A DNA stretch of 64,000 nucleotides from Sphaerodactylus townsendi (GCF_021028975.2 NC_059429.1:61442001-61506000), one strand, 5' to 3'. Positions 38,481 to 51,530 are shown, numbered from the stretch's first letter. Numbers and translations: made by a program. Notes: generated by a model from the sequence alone, not told the origin.

Positions 38481-41400
38481 CCCTGATTAACACCAGTTCT
38501 CCTTATGGTTGTCAGCTCCAGCTGGGAAATCCCTGGAGATTTTGGGTGGAGCCTTGAGAGGGTGAAATTTGGGGAGGTAAGTGATTTCAGCATGGCATAA
38601 TGCCATAGAAGCATCATCTTCTCCAGGGGAACTTGGGAGCAGAAGTCGAGGCTGAAGCTTCACATTAAAAAAATACATTATTGTCAAATGGCAGTGGTGG
38701 GAAGCAAGAGGGAGTGGAGGGTTCTACCATATGACCAGTAACTCCTGGGCCAAAAATTACTTTACTGCACCACTAATATCACCTTTTAGCCACTAACTAC
38801 AATATAACTGCAGTACATCCAGAACTAGAAGGCAAAACTTCCATGTTAGAAAACATGGTTCTCATACAGCCCAAGTGCCCTCTCTTTCTCCCTCTCTCAT
38901 AAAGATGTCAACAATTTCCACTCAACCTGGTAACATTTTTTATGGCTCATAGACACAGGATATGATGCTGGCCCTGAAGGATTTCTTAGAGTGCAGTTCT
39001 AAGAAATGTCCTGGGAGCAAGCCCAGTGGAATAGATTTGAATAGGATTCTGAGTAAACTTGTTGACGATTGTTCTTTGAAGCAACTATATGCAAAGTAAT
39101 GGAGGGCCTATCACAACCTTTTTTCCACATGGTCACAACTTCTGTGCTGCTGTTCAGTGTTTGGTATTGAGTGCTGGAAAAGAATAACAAATACATAAAT
39201 TCTGTTTATTATACTGTGCTAATTTTAGGTATGCTGCGGCTTGATAAAGTCACTCATCTTCTTAACTTTGCTAGATGTTAGAAACATCCGTCCATCTCAA
39301 TATTCCACCATCACAAATAGATCAATATTATTATTTTGTGACTGATTTGATGCAGAAGCAAAATGTTGTGCCCATGATTATAAAGCAGTGTATGTGCTCT
39401 ACAGAAACATATTCTGATATTAATCCTTAATATTTCCCTTCAACTAAATACTGTTAGTCTACTTAGTGTAACAGAATCCTCACAGACAGAATCCTCACAG
39501 TCTCCATTACTGAAGTACATTTTTTTAAAAAAGCATAAGAGATGGCTTGCTTATTTCTCATTTTGCTCACATATAAATAAATTTGAAGTCATTTTAATTT
39601 TTGGACTATTTACATATTCAAACTAATCAAGAGCTGAAATAATCACATTAGTTTCAGTGCCTTGTTTATTGCTGCCCAGCCCCTCCCTCCTTTAAATCTT
39701 TCCCTTAGCCACCATGATGTTTATTGAATACCTGCCATTTCTCCAGCAGCTGATGCCAAGAGCTGCTTACCAGTGCCAGTCTTCCTGAAGCCCCTTCTGT
39801 TTCCCATTCTCTCAGGGGCTTCTGTAGCTCAGCTGCTCCTCATCGCCCAATACACCGAGACTTCTAAATCTGCAAGTGCAGCAGTCAACATGCTCAACAG
39901 CAAGTGGCACCCATTTTGCCCAGTGTAGCACACTTGTGAAGGGAGGAGAGAAATACCACATGGTGAGCAGCATTCCTCACCATGTGTAAACTGTCAATTT
40001 GATTTGAAATTAAATTTTTTGATTAACATGAGCATTTTTGAGCCTCCCACTGGCAGCCTGGTTACTAAAAAGTGACATGATTTGTAACAAACATGCTGTA
40101 CAGAAAGCCCCATGCCAGAAATTGAAACCTATTTTCATTTTGCTGTTAATAGCAACTATTTGAGGGTGGCTGGTGGAAACTAACTTTCACATTTTCTTTC
40201 TTTAGCATCCCAACACTATAAAAATATAGAGAAAGAGTGAATGGGAAGGAGACTGTTTTACTCCAACTATGTTGTCTCCTTGCAGCATCAGGGATTCTTC
40301 TTTGGGATGAGAAGCAATATTTAAACTATGCAGGAATGTTAACATGATTAATGTTTCACACATGAGAATAGAGGCTTTGATCACCAGGCCGAGGAGCTAT
40401 GCTGAGCAACCCAGATACCCTTTTAATACGGTCTATTCAGGTACACCTGCTGGTCACTTTTAGGAAGCCAGTGGATGCTGCCTTTAAATAGTTTAGTTGG
40501 GAGCAATCCCATGACATCTGACATATGTAGCATTACTCAATGATGATAATTGCACAACGATTGTAGCAAAATAAAACAGGAATTGAGCATTACACCCAGA
40601 GTCTCTATTGAAATCTAGCACCTCATGACATGGCAAAAGGACCCTGTAGGTATTCCCCACATTGCTTTCAGACCCAGAGCACAGATGCCAAAAGGCCAAG
40701 GTGAGAAGTACCCTTAATCAAACTCAGAATCTGACAAGGTAAGAAAATTGGTTAAAATTACCCTTTACAAGAAAGTTCATTCCAAATATCCTTCCTAAGT
40801 TTCAGATTTCACATTCTAGCCAAATAAAAATTGCCTAGTATTTGTAACAACAAAAGACAAATAGTACAGAAAACTTAAAGGAATTTTTCAGGCAATGCCT
40901 AAAATATCAAAAGGAGTGATGGACAAGTCAATCAGAGGCTGGGGGTGGGGAATGGGATCTAGGAGCTAGGGAGGACAAATTGGGAGGTGAATGGGTGCCA
41001 TGGAGTCGTGTCATCCTAAGGCTGTAGGCTGGCACAGCTCAAGGCATTTTGGGGCTGGAGCCAACTTTAGTTGGCTTCCACCAGACTTTTGCGTTGGGAA
41101 TGCCACCAGCATGGCCCTCAGACGTATGCCACAAATACTGTAGTGTAAGTCTGTTTCCTCTATGGGGATCTTTGGGCGGCAAGAGGAATTTTGGATTTTC
41201 CTCCCACCTGTGCTGCCCAGAGCCCCTTTGGAGGCAGCACAGCGCTCCCTTCATTGCACCTACAGAGGCAGCACAGCTCCTTCACCATCTGGATTGCACT
41301 GTTAGTCTGTTATGAACTGATCCATAATGGCAAAACTCATCTCCTGTTCCTGAACCCCAGCCCTTTTGAAAGCAACGATCTAGTAATTGTGTTTGAGGTA

Positions 41401-41619
41401 ATCATAGTATTTCCCAGTCAGTTTTTGCCCTGACAAATAATAGTAAAGGAAATTAAAACTAGCACATATAGTATTTGATTTAATTTGACTTAAAGAACCA
41501 TCACAGTTCCTGTGTGTAAAGACTGGGATTATTGCCATACAATAGCTTCAGTTTTTCTTCCAACTGACTTCCACCATCATTCCAGCACAAGAACAAGAGA
41601 ATCATGCAAAATATGATTT

Positions 41620-42360
41620 CATTTATTTAGATAATTTTTATGCTGCCTCTCCAGAAAATTTGCCTGAGGCAGCTTATAAAACAAAAAAACCAAAACAAAA
41701 CAAGACAAATTATTATTAAACTCTAGTGATAAAAACCCACCCACAACATAAAAACATAACTACAAAAGCATAAAACGCTGAACAGCTTAATAGTTTCCAG
41801 ACTAAAAACACACTAAGATGGTGATAAAAGATTAACCCCATAAGAACCATCACTTTGAATTGTGTCCAGATACAAAACAAATAGGCAGGCACTGAAAATA
41901 TTTCAGCATTGGTGTGATATAATTACTTTTTTCTACCATGGATTGTAGCATCACTGCTGCACTTGGGATGAGGTGAAGCTTTTTGATCATTTTCAAAGTT
42001 AGACTTACATAAAGCACATTATAGTAATCTAAGCTGGATGTAATCAGAACATGGATCAATATGGTCAGATCACACTTTTCCAGGAATGGTTGAAACTGAT
42101 ATATCAGCTGAAGCTCATAAAAAACACTGTGCCACAGAGACCTGGGCCTCCAGCTCTAGACCAACATCCAGCAGGATCTCGAAGTTACAAACCTGTTCCT
42201 CCACTCAGACTGACTCCTCAGAACTCGAGTAGCTTTGTCATTAACAATAGCACCTCAGTGTTGTATGGACTGAGCTGGGCCCTCAGCTATCCCTTTACTA
42301 CCTCCAAGCATCTGTTAAGCAATTCTACAAACCCCTAAACTCAGTAGAGCTCAGTGTTAT
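41620..42360 (-). mobile_element. Decayed L2 LINE 3' part
   Basis: Minus-strand IHVLITSSLDYYNVLYVSL..KKLHLIPSAA (cf. L2 SRLDYCN..LQLVQNAA); L2-type tail at about 41620-41680. Confidence 0.8.
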
Positions 42361-43280
42361 CTGTGTGATTTAATCTCTCTTTCTCTCTCCCCCCCCCCGA
42401 ACTCTACTCTCCCTCTGCCATTGCATCCAGCCCCAGAACTTCCTACCAGCCCTCTACAAATACCAACCCATAGCATCATCCTGAGTCAGCTTCCCTATTT
42501 CCTTTTCTATCACAGCACACAGTACCCTTTGCCACACTTTTAGGCACCTTTTGAACCCAGCAACTTTATCTCACTCCCATCATCTCCAACATCCTTAAGT
42601 ATAGCCTTCTTGGTTCAGACCCAGGCATTTTCCAGCCCCATGAATTGTTGCCTACATGAATTGTTGCCTCTCTGTCATCTTGAGTTCCTTTTTCTTAGCC
42701 TCTTCCAAGATCCAGCACAAACTCTTCAACCCCTAAACAGGAACTATAGAAGGGCACAACACTTTTTAAAAAAAGAAATCACATTGGATTTGAGATTGTC
42801 ATTACTACTTTTATGAACTGTCGTTGATTTATTGATGCCTTACCTTTCTGCTTTGCTCTATTGATAATCTATTGATTGTTGGTCAACAAAGTTTACTATT
42901 TTTTCCTTTCTAGCTCCTGTAGGAATAGAGATGCCAGAGCAAGCATTTGCAAATACAGGCCTAAAATGATGCCTAGAGCTGGAGCCAGGGTCACAGGGTC
43001 ATCACCACTGCTGCCAGCATAGAGGGGGTAAGGGGGTGGCAACATTAGTCGGCTTCTTCCCAGCCAGTTGCTGTGTTATGCTGGCAGCTGGGAGTCCCAT
43101 GGGGCAATGGGGCTTCTTGGCAGCAGCAACACCAGAAAGCCCCTTTGGGAGTGGCAGGACAATATGGTTGTGGCTGTGCAGCTGTGCTGCCCGGCCTGTG
43201 GATGGGGCTGCCCATGTGTCAGCTTCATTTATTTCAACATTTATTCTAGCATAGCTTTCAAGAGTTAAAGACTAACGAAA

Positions 43281-43356
43281 CTGATATAGTGGCCTCCAAC
43301 TCACAAAATTTATGATGGAATAAATTTTAAATAACCTCCAAAAAGCCACTGGACTC
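43281..43356 (+). mobile_element. Heavily decayed Penelope-like terminal/hammerhead remnant
   Basis: ctgatatagtgg..ctcacaaaatttatgatggaataaattt...gccactggactc is collinear with the 10197-10278 arm. Confidence 0.5.
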
Positions 43357-44426
43357 CTGTTTTAGTATTCCAATGCACCACTTGCTCCCAGGAGCTTTTG
43401 ATGTGATTTGGGTACCTAACTACTTGCAGTCCTTTAGAGTCTCAGTTGCTCTCTGTGAGCAAGTCACATCTCTAGAGGTAGAACAAATAATTTCTGTTCA
43501 TTAGTAGGTTCCAAAATATTAGCCTTTCTGACAGGAATACTTTATAATGGAAAAATGTTTTTTAATACTGTCTCAAGTCATGGACTTTAAGAAATGAAAA
43601 GGACATGTTTCTTTGGTCCAATTTGAGTAGTTCAGAAAACAGCTTTGGTCTCTCTTTTACCAACACATTAAATTCCATCTGAGGGCTTCAAGAGATGTTA
43701 TATACTAAGCAAGGAGAAGGGTGGCTTGTTCTGGGAGTCATTGCAAGACTACCAGTTATCCATGTTGAATGCCACTGAAGGCAGAGAGAATCCAGTGATC
43801 ACCAAGAGGAGACATAGGAGCTTTTGAAACTGAGTGATAACAGCACCTGGTGTGGATGCACAGGAATGCATGACTGGTCTGCTTCGGACACTGCTAACCA
43901 CTCAGCAGCTAAGCATCTGCAAAGTCCTGCAATAGTAGCCATTGTACCTCAGCTTCTGACACTCCTTGTAAAAGTACTGGATTCCTCTTCAGCCTTCAGT
44001 AATGTACAGCATTTCTTCAGTGAACTGTCACATGAACCACACCCAAATGGAACTTAGGGCCTCCAAATACAGGTAAAACCATAAACCAAGGGCGAAAAAC
44101 TAATTGCAACTATGAATTTAGTGTTGCACCTGCTAGAGGTATCTGAGGTTGGGTGCAGCCAGATGATCTTTTCTCAGGGGAAGGGAACCTTGGGATCATA
44201 TCTGTAAAATGAAGGAAATCAGGTCTGAGATTTTGTTTCCCTTCCTGTTACAGGTATTTAAGATTCTGCATGGGCAGAGGTGCAAGCCATCTGGCAAGAC
44301 CCACCCTGTGGCCCTGAGGGAGTCCCATGGATCCAGGAAACTGAATTGTTTTTTTTTTGGTTTGTCTAAATTATATTTTCACGTTTCACGTACCAGTAAG
44401 CTGCTTTTATTTTACAATTGGGGAAT

Positions 44427-44720
44427 GTTCATTAATGACCTCCAAAACATCCTAGCCTTAACAGCTTCTCTCAGCTCTTGCAAACTGAGGGCTGTGGCTT
44501 CCTTTCTTGAGTCAATCCATCTCATGTTGGGTCTTCCTCTTTTTCTGCTGCCTTTAATGTTTCCTAGCAATATTGTCTTTTCCAGTGACTCTTGTCTTCT
44601 CATACAATAGGCTGTTTGGTCATTTTACCTTATGGGGAAAATAATCTAGAACCAATTTATTTGTCTTTTTGGTGGTCCGTGGCATTCGTGAAACTCCCCC
44701 AGCATCGCATTTCAAATAAA
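44427..44720 (-). mobile_element. RTE/Bov-B LINE 3' fragment
   Basis: Minus-strand MRRQESLEKTILLGNIKGSRKRGRPNMRWIDS...ARMFWRSL, the typical RTE-BovB C-terminus. Confidence 0.9.
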
Positions 44721-46680
44721 CCTAGGGTTAGAAGTGATTATATTTTGGCAGGAGACGGTTCCAGATTCTTCTTTATTTCCCAACCCTACACTTCCCATCC
44801 TCTGTTAACACTCCATTGCTCCACAGTAATCTCAGAATGCTCAAGTAAGACTTGCTTGAAAGCTATGATATTACTGATAACTCCAAGCAAATGTATTGTA
44901 AGAGCATTATCAAAACAGTACAGGAATCAGTCCTTGTTTTTTTAAGTGGGGTGATTTAAATCTATCACAGACATCAATTTAACAACATTCACCTTGGGCG
45001 TGGAACCCTTAAGCTGGCCACAAACATGTATTTCCAAATATGTGGGAAGGGGTGGAGGAGTGGCAGTCTCCTCCATTCTTCAAAAATGGCAACAGGCATC
45101 TAGATGAAAAAGTTAGGGTTACCTTATTATTACACCTCAAATATTGCCTTCTAGATGAGCACCAGTTCTGTTCTCACAAAGAAGGTAAAATTTGTTCTCT
45201 CCTACTACATCCTGCTGCCTACATCATTTCTTAAGAGCTAATTTGAATTCTTACTTTTATTCCTGACACACAGTTTTAACCTAAGACATAAAAGGTTGTA
45301 AAAGTCATGTACTGTACTGTTAGGCTACCCTTGTGTTCCTGTCCATCATCCTGTTCAAACATAGAAAGGGCTAATGATCTGTCAAGGAGGTAAATTCATT
45401 ACCCAGGAGAGAATATTAAGCTTCTTTTGCTGCCCATTCACAGCAAGGATTTCTTTCAGAATGATGCTGCATCTTCTGTTCTCCTGGGAACAGTTTATGG
45501 TTGGCAGAAAAGCACTAATAACAACAATTTACATTTATGTAGTTCACTCAGGGCATGCTCTATATTTCTTCAGCTAGATTGTTTGTAATCCCACTGCAGA
45601 TTCATCAGTCAGCATAATGACACACACCGAGAAGCTGCTGCTCCGCTGTCATGACCAGGTGACCCACTGACAACATTTCCCTTAGTGTTTCTTTATGACA
45701 CTGGGTTGATAAAGAATTTGAGGTACTCTGGGAGAAGGAACAGATCTGTGACATCAAGTTGCTAATGTTAAGAAAAAGAATATTCGGAGAGCTAATTCTA
45801 ATGTCATGTTTTGTCTGCTAGTGACAGCATGCACATTAAAAAGACTGGCTGCAATACAGTGGAATAACAAGTCACCATTTGTCAATTTGTGAAAGTTGTT
45901 GGACATGCATCCCAGGTCCACTTCATACATGGGTCAGTAACAGAACTATGGTTTGTTCTCTTGACTGCCAGGAAACATTCCAAACTAGGATGAAACTATG
46001 GTTTGAAATCTTGATAGATGGATATCGATATAGATAGACAGAGATCAAGACAAATATCCAATTTAATTAGCAGTTTATTATTTATGTTGTTCATTTTTCC
46101 TTATAAGTAATTCCAGATATTCAAGCCTGTTCATGGGTACTTTTATAGCCGTTGAAATGAAGTTAACATTTAGTTATTTTGATGTAGTCCTTTGAAAAGT
46201 TGTTGTTCAAGTGGACAAATAATCTCTTTAATAGTTAGGTAAAGAGAATTTCATTAATCATTTCCAGGTACTCTCATTCAGTGTCCTAAATGCTGTATTG
46301 GCTAAACAATGCATGCTGTATTGGCTAAACAGGACACAGGTACTGCCTTTGAAAATTAAAACAGCAGAGACAGGGAACTGATCAGGCTGTGCAGTCCATA
46401 TGGGGAATCCACAGTGTTGTTTTCATTCAATGCTACGTCCCATCCTACCAGTTTTGTGTCAACGCACAAATTAAGAGAAGGAGATTTTTGTACACGTGTA
46501 CCATTTACAAACAGTTGGGAAAGATGTCACTGGTGAAAATTGAGATTAGCACATTAAAATTAAGGTAGCTAGAGATTTAAAAAAAACCAGTACATGATGA
46601 GGAACATGTCTATCTGTTTGTCTGCCTCTATGTCCACAGCCTGTTTATTATAACTTACTCAAGGTTTACCCTGGCCTAAG

Positions 46681-46725
46681 AAGTCAGAGTAGAAAGTTTT
46701 AATTTTATTTTTCTGTTCTTGCTCT
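46681..46725 (+). repeat. Left arm of a perfect 45-bp inverted repeat (partner 48167-48211)
   Basis: aagtcagagtagaaagttttaattttatttttctgttcttgctct is the exact reverse complement of 48167-48211. Confidence 0.95.
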
Positions 46726-47165
46726 TTTGCTTTTTCAGTAGACACAGAGCAATTTAGAACTGGGATCTGTTTTTACTTGCTTTAAGTTCCAACTGCACAG
46801 TCTAGTAATATTAAGAACTCACTCAAGAATATTAAAAGACATTTATACATTTGATATCGCACAGAAGAGATGAAGGTGGAAATGGAAGAGGGGGATGTGA
46901 CATTCTTTGTAGCAGAAATTGCCAACATCATCATTTTCTTGTACTGTTGTAGCATATAACACATACATAAAGAGTCACTACACATGATGTACATGGGAAG
47001 CAACATGGACACTGGTGCTCCTTTAGTTGTTGCAACATGAGCAGAAATTTGTTTCTCTTCTGTTGAAAGGACCTATTATGTCAGGTGGGTGAGGCAGAGC
47101 TATACAGCACATTCTACTGTTCATCTGCATACCAGAATTCTTTATAATTTCCCTTATTACAGAGG

Positions 47166-47618
47166 GGCCCTTTCCGCAAGGGCCAATAAACGCGGGTGAA
47201 GGGCAGGATAAAACCTGTGTTGGGTGGGAACTTTGCACGGTTCAACCCTAACATGGATCTGACCGCCCCGCCCCCAACCCACGCTGTTGGACACAGGACA
47301 GGTTTTTTGATAATCATGCTTTCGGCAATTCTTTTATTTTAAGGTGGCTGAAAGCGAACAACCGTGGCTAGAAGCTGTGTTTGGGGGCCACAATCAAATG
47401 TGAGACTTGCAGCCCCTGGCTCCCACCTGTGCAGCCACACATGGGGAACGGGCCATAACATCACCCTGGGGAGCAGTTGTGCATCCCTGTGAAGGTGCCC
47501 CCCCCATTTGCATGGTTGGCTATCCACGGGGCAGCCAGCCATGTGAACGACCCATGGCGAGGACAGGTTCACGTAACCCGCCTCTCACCTGGGTTTATTG
47601 TCCTGTGTGGAAAGGGCC
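47166..47618. mobile_element. PIF/Harbinger-type MITE
   Basis: TIRs ggccctttccgcaagggccaataaac / gtttattgtcctgtgtggaaagggcc. Confidence 0.8.
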
Positions 47619-47647
47619 AGATAGCCATGCTGGTTCTCTGTAGCTAA

Positions 47648-48141
47648 GGTCGTTTCCGCACAACCAGCTGAACAGGGGTGCGTTGGCATAGTTTATGCCG
47701 ATGCACCCCCCAGGACCATTTGCATGGACGGTCCCACTGGGGGGGCAGCCGATGACGTAGCCTTTGCACAGGCTGCGCCGTCCCCAAACGGCTCTTACCT
47801 TCTTCTGGCTTTTATCGCGTTGTGGAGGCCAGGGGACACACCCCCATGGCCAAAGCAATGGCTCTAGAGTTGGAGGACAGGAAGCATGTCCCCTGGCCTC
47901 CACAACGCGATGGAAGCCAGAAGAAAGTAAGAGCCATTTGGGGAAGGCGGGGGGGAAACGCCGCCTTCCACCTGCTGCCGTTCACATAGCAGCGGGTGGA
48001 AGACGGCACTTTTGGAAAACGTGCAAAAGCAGCATTTTCGCACCACTTGAGGGGAACAAGCACCTACTGTGAGAACAGCACCCCAGGGACGGTGTTTTTA
48101 CCGTCCTTGGGGCGCTGTTATTGGGCTGTGTGGAAACAGCC
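47648..48141. mobile_element. PIF/Harbinger-type MITE with a long internal hairpin
   Basis: TIRs ggtcgtttccgcaca / tgtgtggaaacagcc; internal inverted repeat about 47790-47935. Confidence 0.8.
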
Positions 48142-48166
48142 TACGTGACTTCTGTGTCCTCTCTTT

Positions 48167-48211
48167 AGAGCAAGAACAGAAAAATAAAATTAAAACTTTC
48201 TACTCTGACTT
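48167..48211 (-). repeat. Right arm of the perfect 45-bp inverted repeat
   Basis: Exact reverse complement of 46681-46725. Confidence 0.95.
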
Positions 48212-48949
48212 GAAAAAGCCCACCCAGCTGTGTAGCACAGGGGCTTGATGGGAACACTGCTGTAGGAACCCTGATGGCCAGTACAGTCTAATTTTAGTTT
48301 TTTTTATTTTACTAATTTTATTTCTCAGTGTTCCTAGGTACAATCCAATTCATGCTTTGGCCGGACCAGACCTAGTTAACAAGGTTGTTGCATCATTTGC
48401 CTTTGGACCATGTTGCATTTATGCACCACACTTGGTGCATAAGTCCTGTGCTGCTTGGGGAGTCCTGTGCTGCTTGGGAAGCAACTCTTCTTGTGATTGT
48501 TACTTACTGAAATACATGCATGAAGAAGTCCCAATGATTTCTAAATCTTAACAAAAACAAGAATTTTACACCAAATCAATTTCCTACTTCAGTTTTCCTC
48601 TTTCTACTTCTAATTTAGTCCTTGATTAGATACAACCACTGGCTTAGATGAAATATTGTTCATAATATGACAAGTCTGCTTGCAAGACAATCACCCTCTC
48701 AGCACTTTTAAAGTCAATAGCTTGGCTCTTTATAAGAGGAAGGATGAAAATGGATGAGGAAGGAAGAGACCCATAAAAGATTAACACATACCTTTGATTC
48801 AAGTCTTTTCCTAAATGGTGATCAAGTAATGAATACTTTTCATAAGTGACTGATTTTAGAGTGCACTTTATCTACAGGTTCTGTATTTATAGTTCAAGCC
48901 CTTTCAATTAAAACATGAAAAAGAAATTAAACTGCTAATTATCGTATTT

Positions 48950-48980
48950 CATTTCAAGTCACAGGACTTTCATCAGACGC
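48950..48980 (-). ncRNA. Hammerhead-ribozyme-like core on the NFIA sense strand (incomplete)
   Basis: Minus strand GCGT CTGATGA AAGTC CTGT GACTT GAAA TG: intact core and perfect 5-bp stem II; stems I and III not convincingly present. Confidence 0.35.
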
Positions 48981-49634
48981 ATTACGAAAGGGAGCCAGTT
49001 CAACAACTGGAGCTACAGTATGCAAATTTATGACCAGGGTTTACCAAATTGATAGCAAAAGATACATTGCTTTGTAGCGCAGAGCTTTTTCAGGACAGTT
49101 TTGGACGAACTAGACTTGTAATTCGGTTGCTGTGGAACTGAAACAATACCTATGAAAAAGTCTAGACCTGTCTCTACAACACTGCTCTTCATGTAAGGCA
49201 GACTTTGATTCTGCAATTGGAGACTGACAGAATAAAAATATTTGTGTATTTATGTGTTTCATGTCCTTCAGGATCTGCATGATGAAGCTGTATTTGTTTT
49301 ACATCTACAGTACTTTGTGTCAGTCTTTCTTTGGATTATTCCTTTTAATCAGCATGTTTCACTTACAAAGGTTAATTGTGAGGAGCCATGAAATCTAATG
49401 TCCTTTATTAATCTGCAAGACTTGCACACAGAGACTGTCGATGAGGTAGTTTCCATGTTTCAGAACTGACCTTTTTTTACTATTTCATATAACGTTAGAT
49501 TGACAACTGGCTAAATTCCTTTTGAATACCACAAGCAAAACAGTAGTCATACTAACAACTAGAAAAAGTGATGCTAAGTAAAGTACCTACAAGGGATGAC
49601 CTGAAATCTAATATAAAGGGAATATGATAGCACA

Positions 49635-49897
49635 GAAGCCCTGTGCTGCAGAGTGCTAAACTGCAGTACTGCGGTCAAAGCTCTACTCATGACCTCAGTT
49701 CGATCCTGGCAAAAGTTGGTTTCAGGTAGCTAGCTCAAGGTCAACTCAACCCTCCATTCTTACAAGGTTGGTAAAATAAGTACCCAGCTTGCTGGGGGTG
49801 AAAGGTAGATAACTGGGATAGGCAATGGCAAACCATCCCATAAACATAGTTTTGATGTCACCCCATGGGTTTGTACAGGGCACTAACTTTACTTTTT
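49635..49897 (+). mobile_element. Sauria SINE, near full length
   Basis: tRNA-like head (B box agttcgatcc); diagnostic ctcaaggtcaactcaaccctccattct...ggtaaaataagtacccagcttgctggggg; ggcaatggcaaacca; tail ctttacttttt. Confidence 0.88.
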
Positions 49898-51202
49898 CAT
49901 CTAAAAAAATTAATAACGAAACCTACTGATTTGCAGGAATAAGTGCAAGCCTATATGCGTTGCTTTAATAGCAATTATACCTTCCAATTTTAGTTAAAAT
50001 GCAATATTAAATTATGTTTTAAAATGAGAAAACAAAAGCTGCTTAACTATAATAGGTTTAAAAGGTTTCTGAGTAAGTTATACAGAAATCTGTTCAACCT
50101 ATTATAGCTATACAGAAAAGATCAGCCCACTATGATGCATACCTTGGTTATATCTAGATTGGATTAATGCAATATACTCCAGGGCAATTGCCTTTGAAAA
50201 ATGTAGGAAACTTCAGTTGATACAGAAGTCTACAACCAGAATGTTGACTGTAACTGAGTTTTAAGAACCATATTACTCCAGTCTCTCCATACTGGCTGCT
50301 TATGTGTTTTTGGGACAATTCAAGGTGCTGAAGTAGACCTTTAAAGCCCTATAAGGCTTTGGACCAGTATAAGTTCCTAGTATCACCACAGTAATCTCTC
50401 AGGATGGGACAGCAAGAAGGTTCTGTGGGCTTGGCACACAGCAGGCCCAAAGCCAGCAAGCGCTGCCCCAGCACGGAGGGAGCTGGGTGCCGACTAAACC
50501 TTTTGCACCTGCCTCCCATGTACCACATGCCATTGACAAGCCCAAAGCCTAGCTGGGTAGTGGCCTCATATCAGTGAGCTGCCATGCGTCAGCCAGGTCC
50601 TTGCGCCCAGCCTGCCTGCAGAAGTTTCATGGCTCTCTGATAGCTGGGCCACACTGAGTGGTTTCAGGCCTGCAAGCAGGCAGTCCTGGCATGGAGGGAG
50701 TCACTGGGTGCTGTGCTGCAGGAGAGGCCAGAAACAAGGACCCAGCAGGTGCCCAGCGCCCCCCCTCAATGGGACTCATTTGGCATGCCTCCATGCCTTG
50801 TTTCTCAGAATCCTAGGAATGAGGGAAATCAGATGTAGAGAGTCAGGGGATACCCTCAGACCAGAGGAAATGGTCTATGATTCAGAGGAGATGCAAGTAA
50901 CAGAGCCAAGCCCTTCCCTGCCAATCAAGTGAGTTAGATGGAAGAGTAGCTGGGAGAGCTCCTGGGCAAACCCTAGATGAGCTAAGTGATGAGCCAGGCT
51001 GCATTGCATGGCACAGGCAGAGTATTAAAATATTCTGGGGTAGTAAAAGAAGTGCCCTCATTGGAAGCTCTGGATATGGGTGTTGGCTCCTGAGCTAGTC
51101 ATGCAGTCACATGGGAGGGAGGACAAGTTGTGGTGGGATCCTATTCTGAGTGAAACCCTGTTTCTATAAACCCTATTCTAGCTTCTTATTCTCATATTGG
51201 GC

Positions 51203-51525
51203 TGTAATGAGTAAACAATTAGGGTATGCTCCATGCACCCGGTTCCATGCTCCACACCCCCAAACTTTGTTCCCATAAATTAAATTCCACTTAACTCATG
51301 AATGGGTATAAGTAGCCTTGTTCCTAGCCCAGTCTAGTCTCCTTGAACCCACCCCACCATTTGACCTGGGACTGTCTGACCAGCCACCCAGCCTGCCTTG
51401 ACTTTGAACTGCCCAAGGACGCCTCTGCCCACCTGACCTTGGACTGCCTGACCACACCTATGCCTGTCACCCATCCAGACCTCAGACTTTCTGATATGGC
51501 ATAGCTGAAGCCTACTTGCAGCACA
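51203..51525 (+). mobile_element. Possible solo LTR
   Basis: Starts TGTAATGA; gggtataagtagcc TATA-like motif, then tandem gacct(t/g)ggactg repeats as in 18080-18453; ends ...gcaca; no TSD seen. Confidence 0.4.
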
Positions 51526-51530
51526 TCCCA

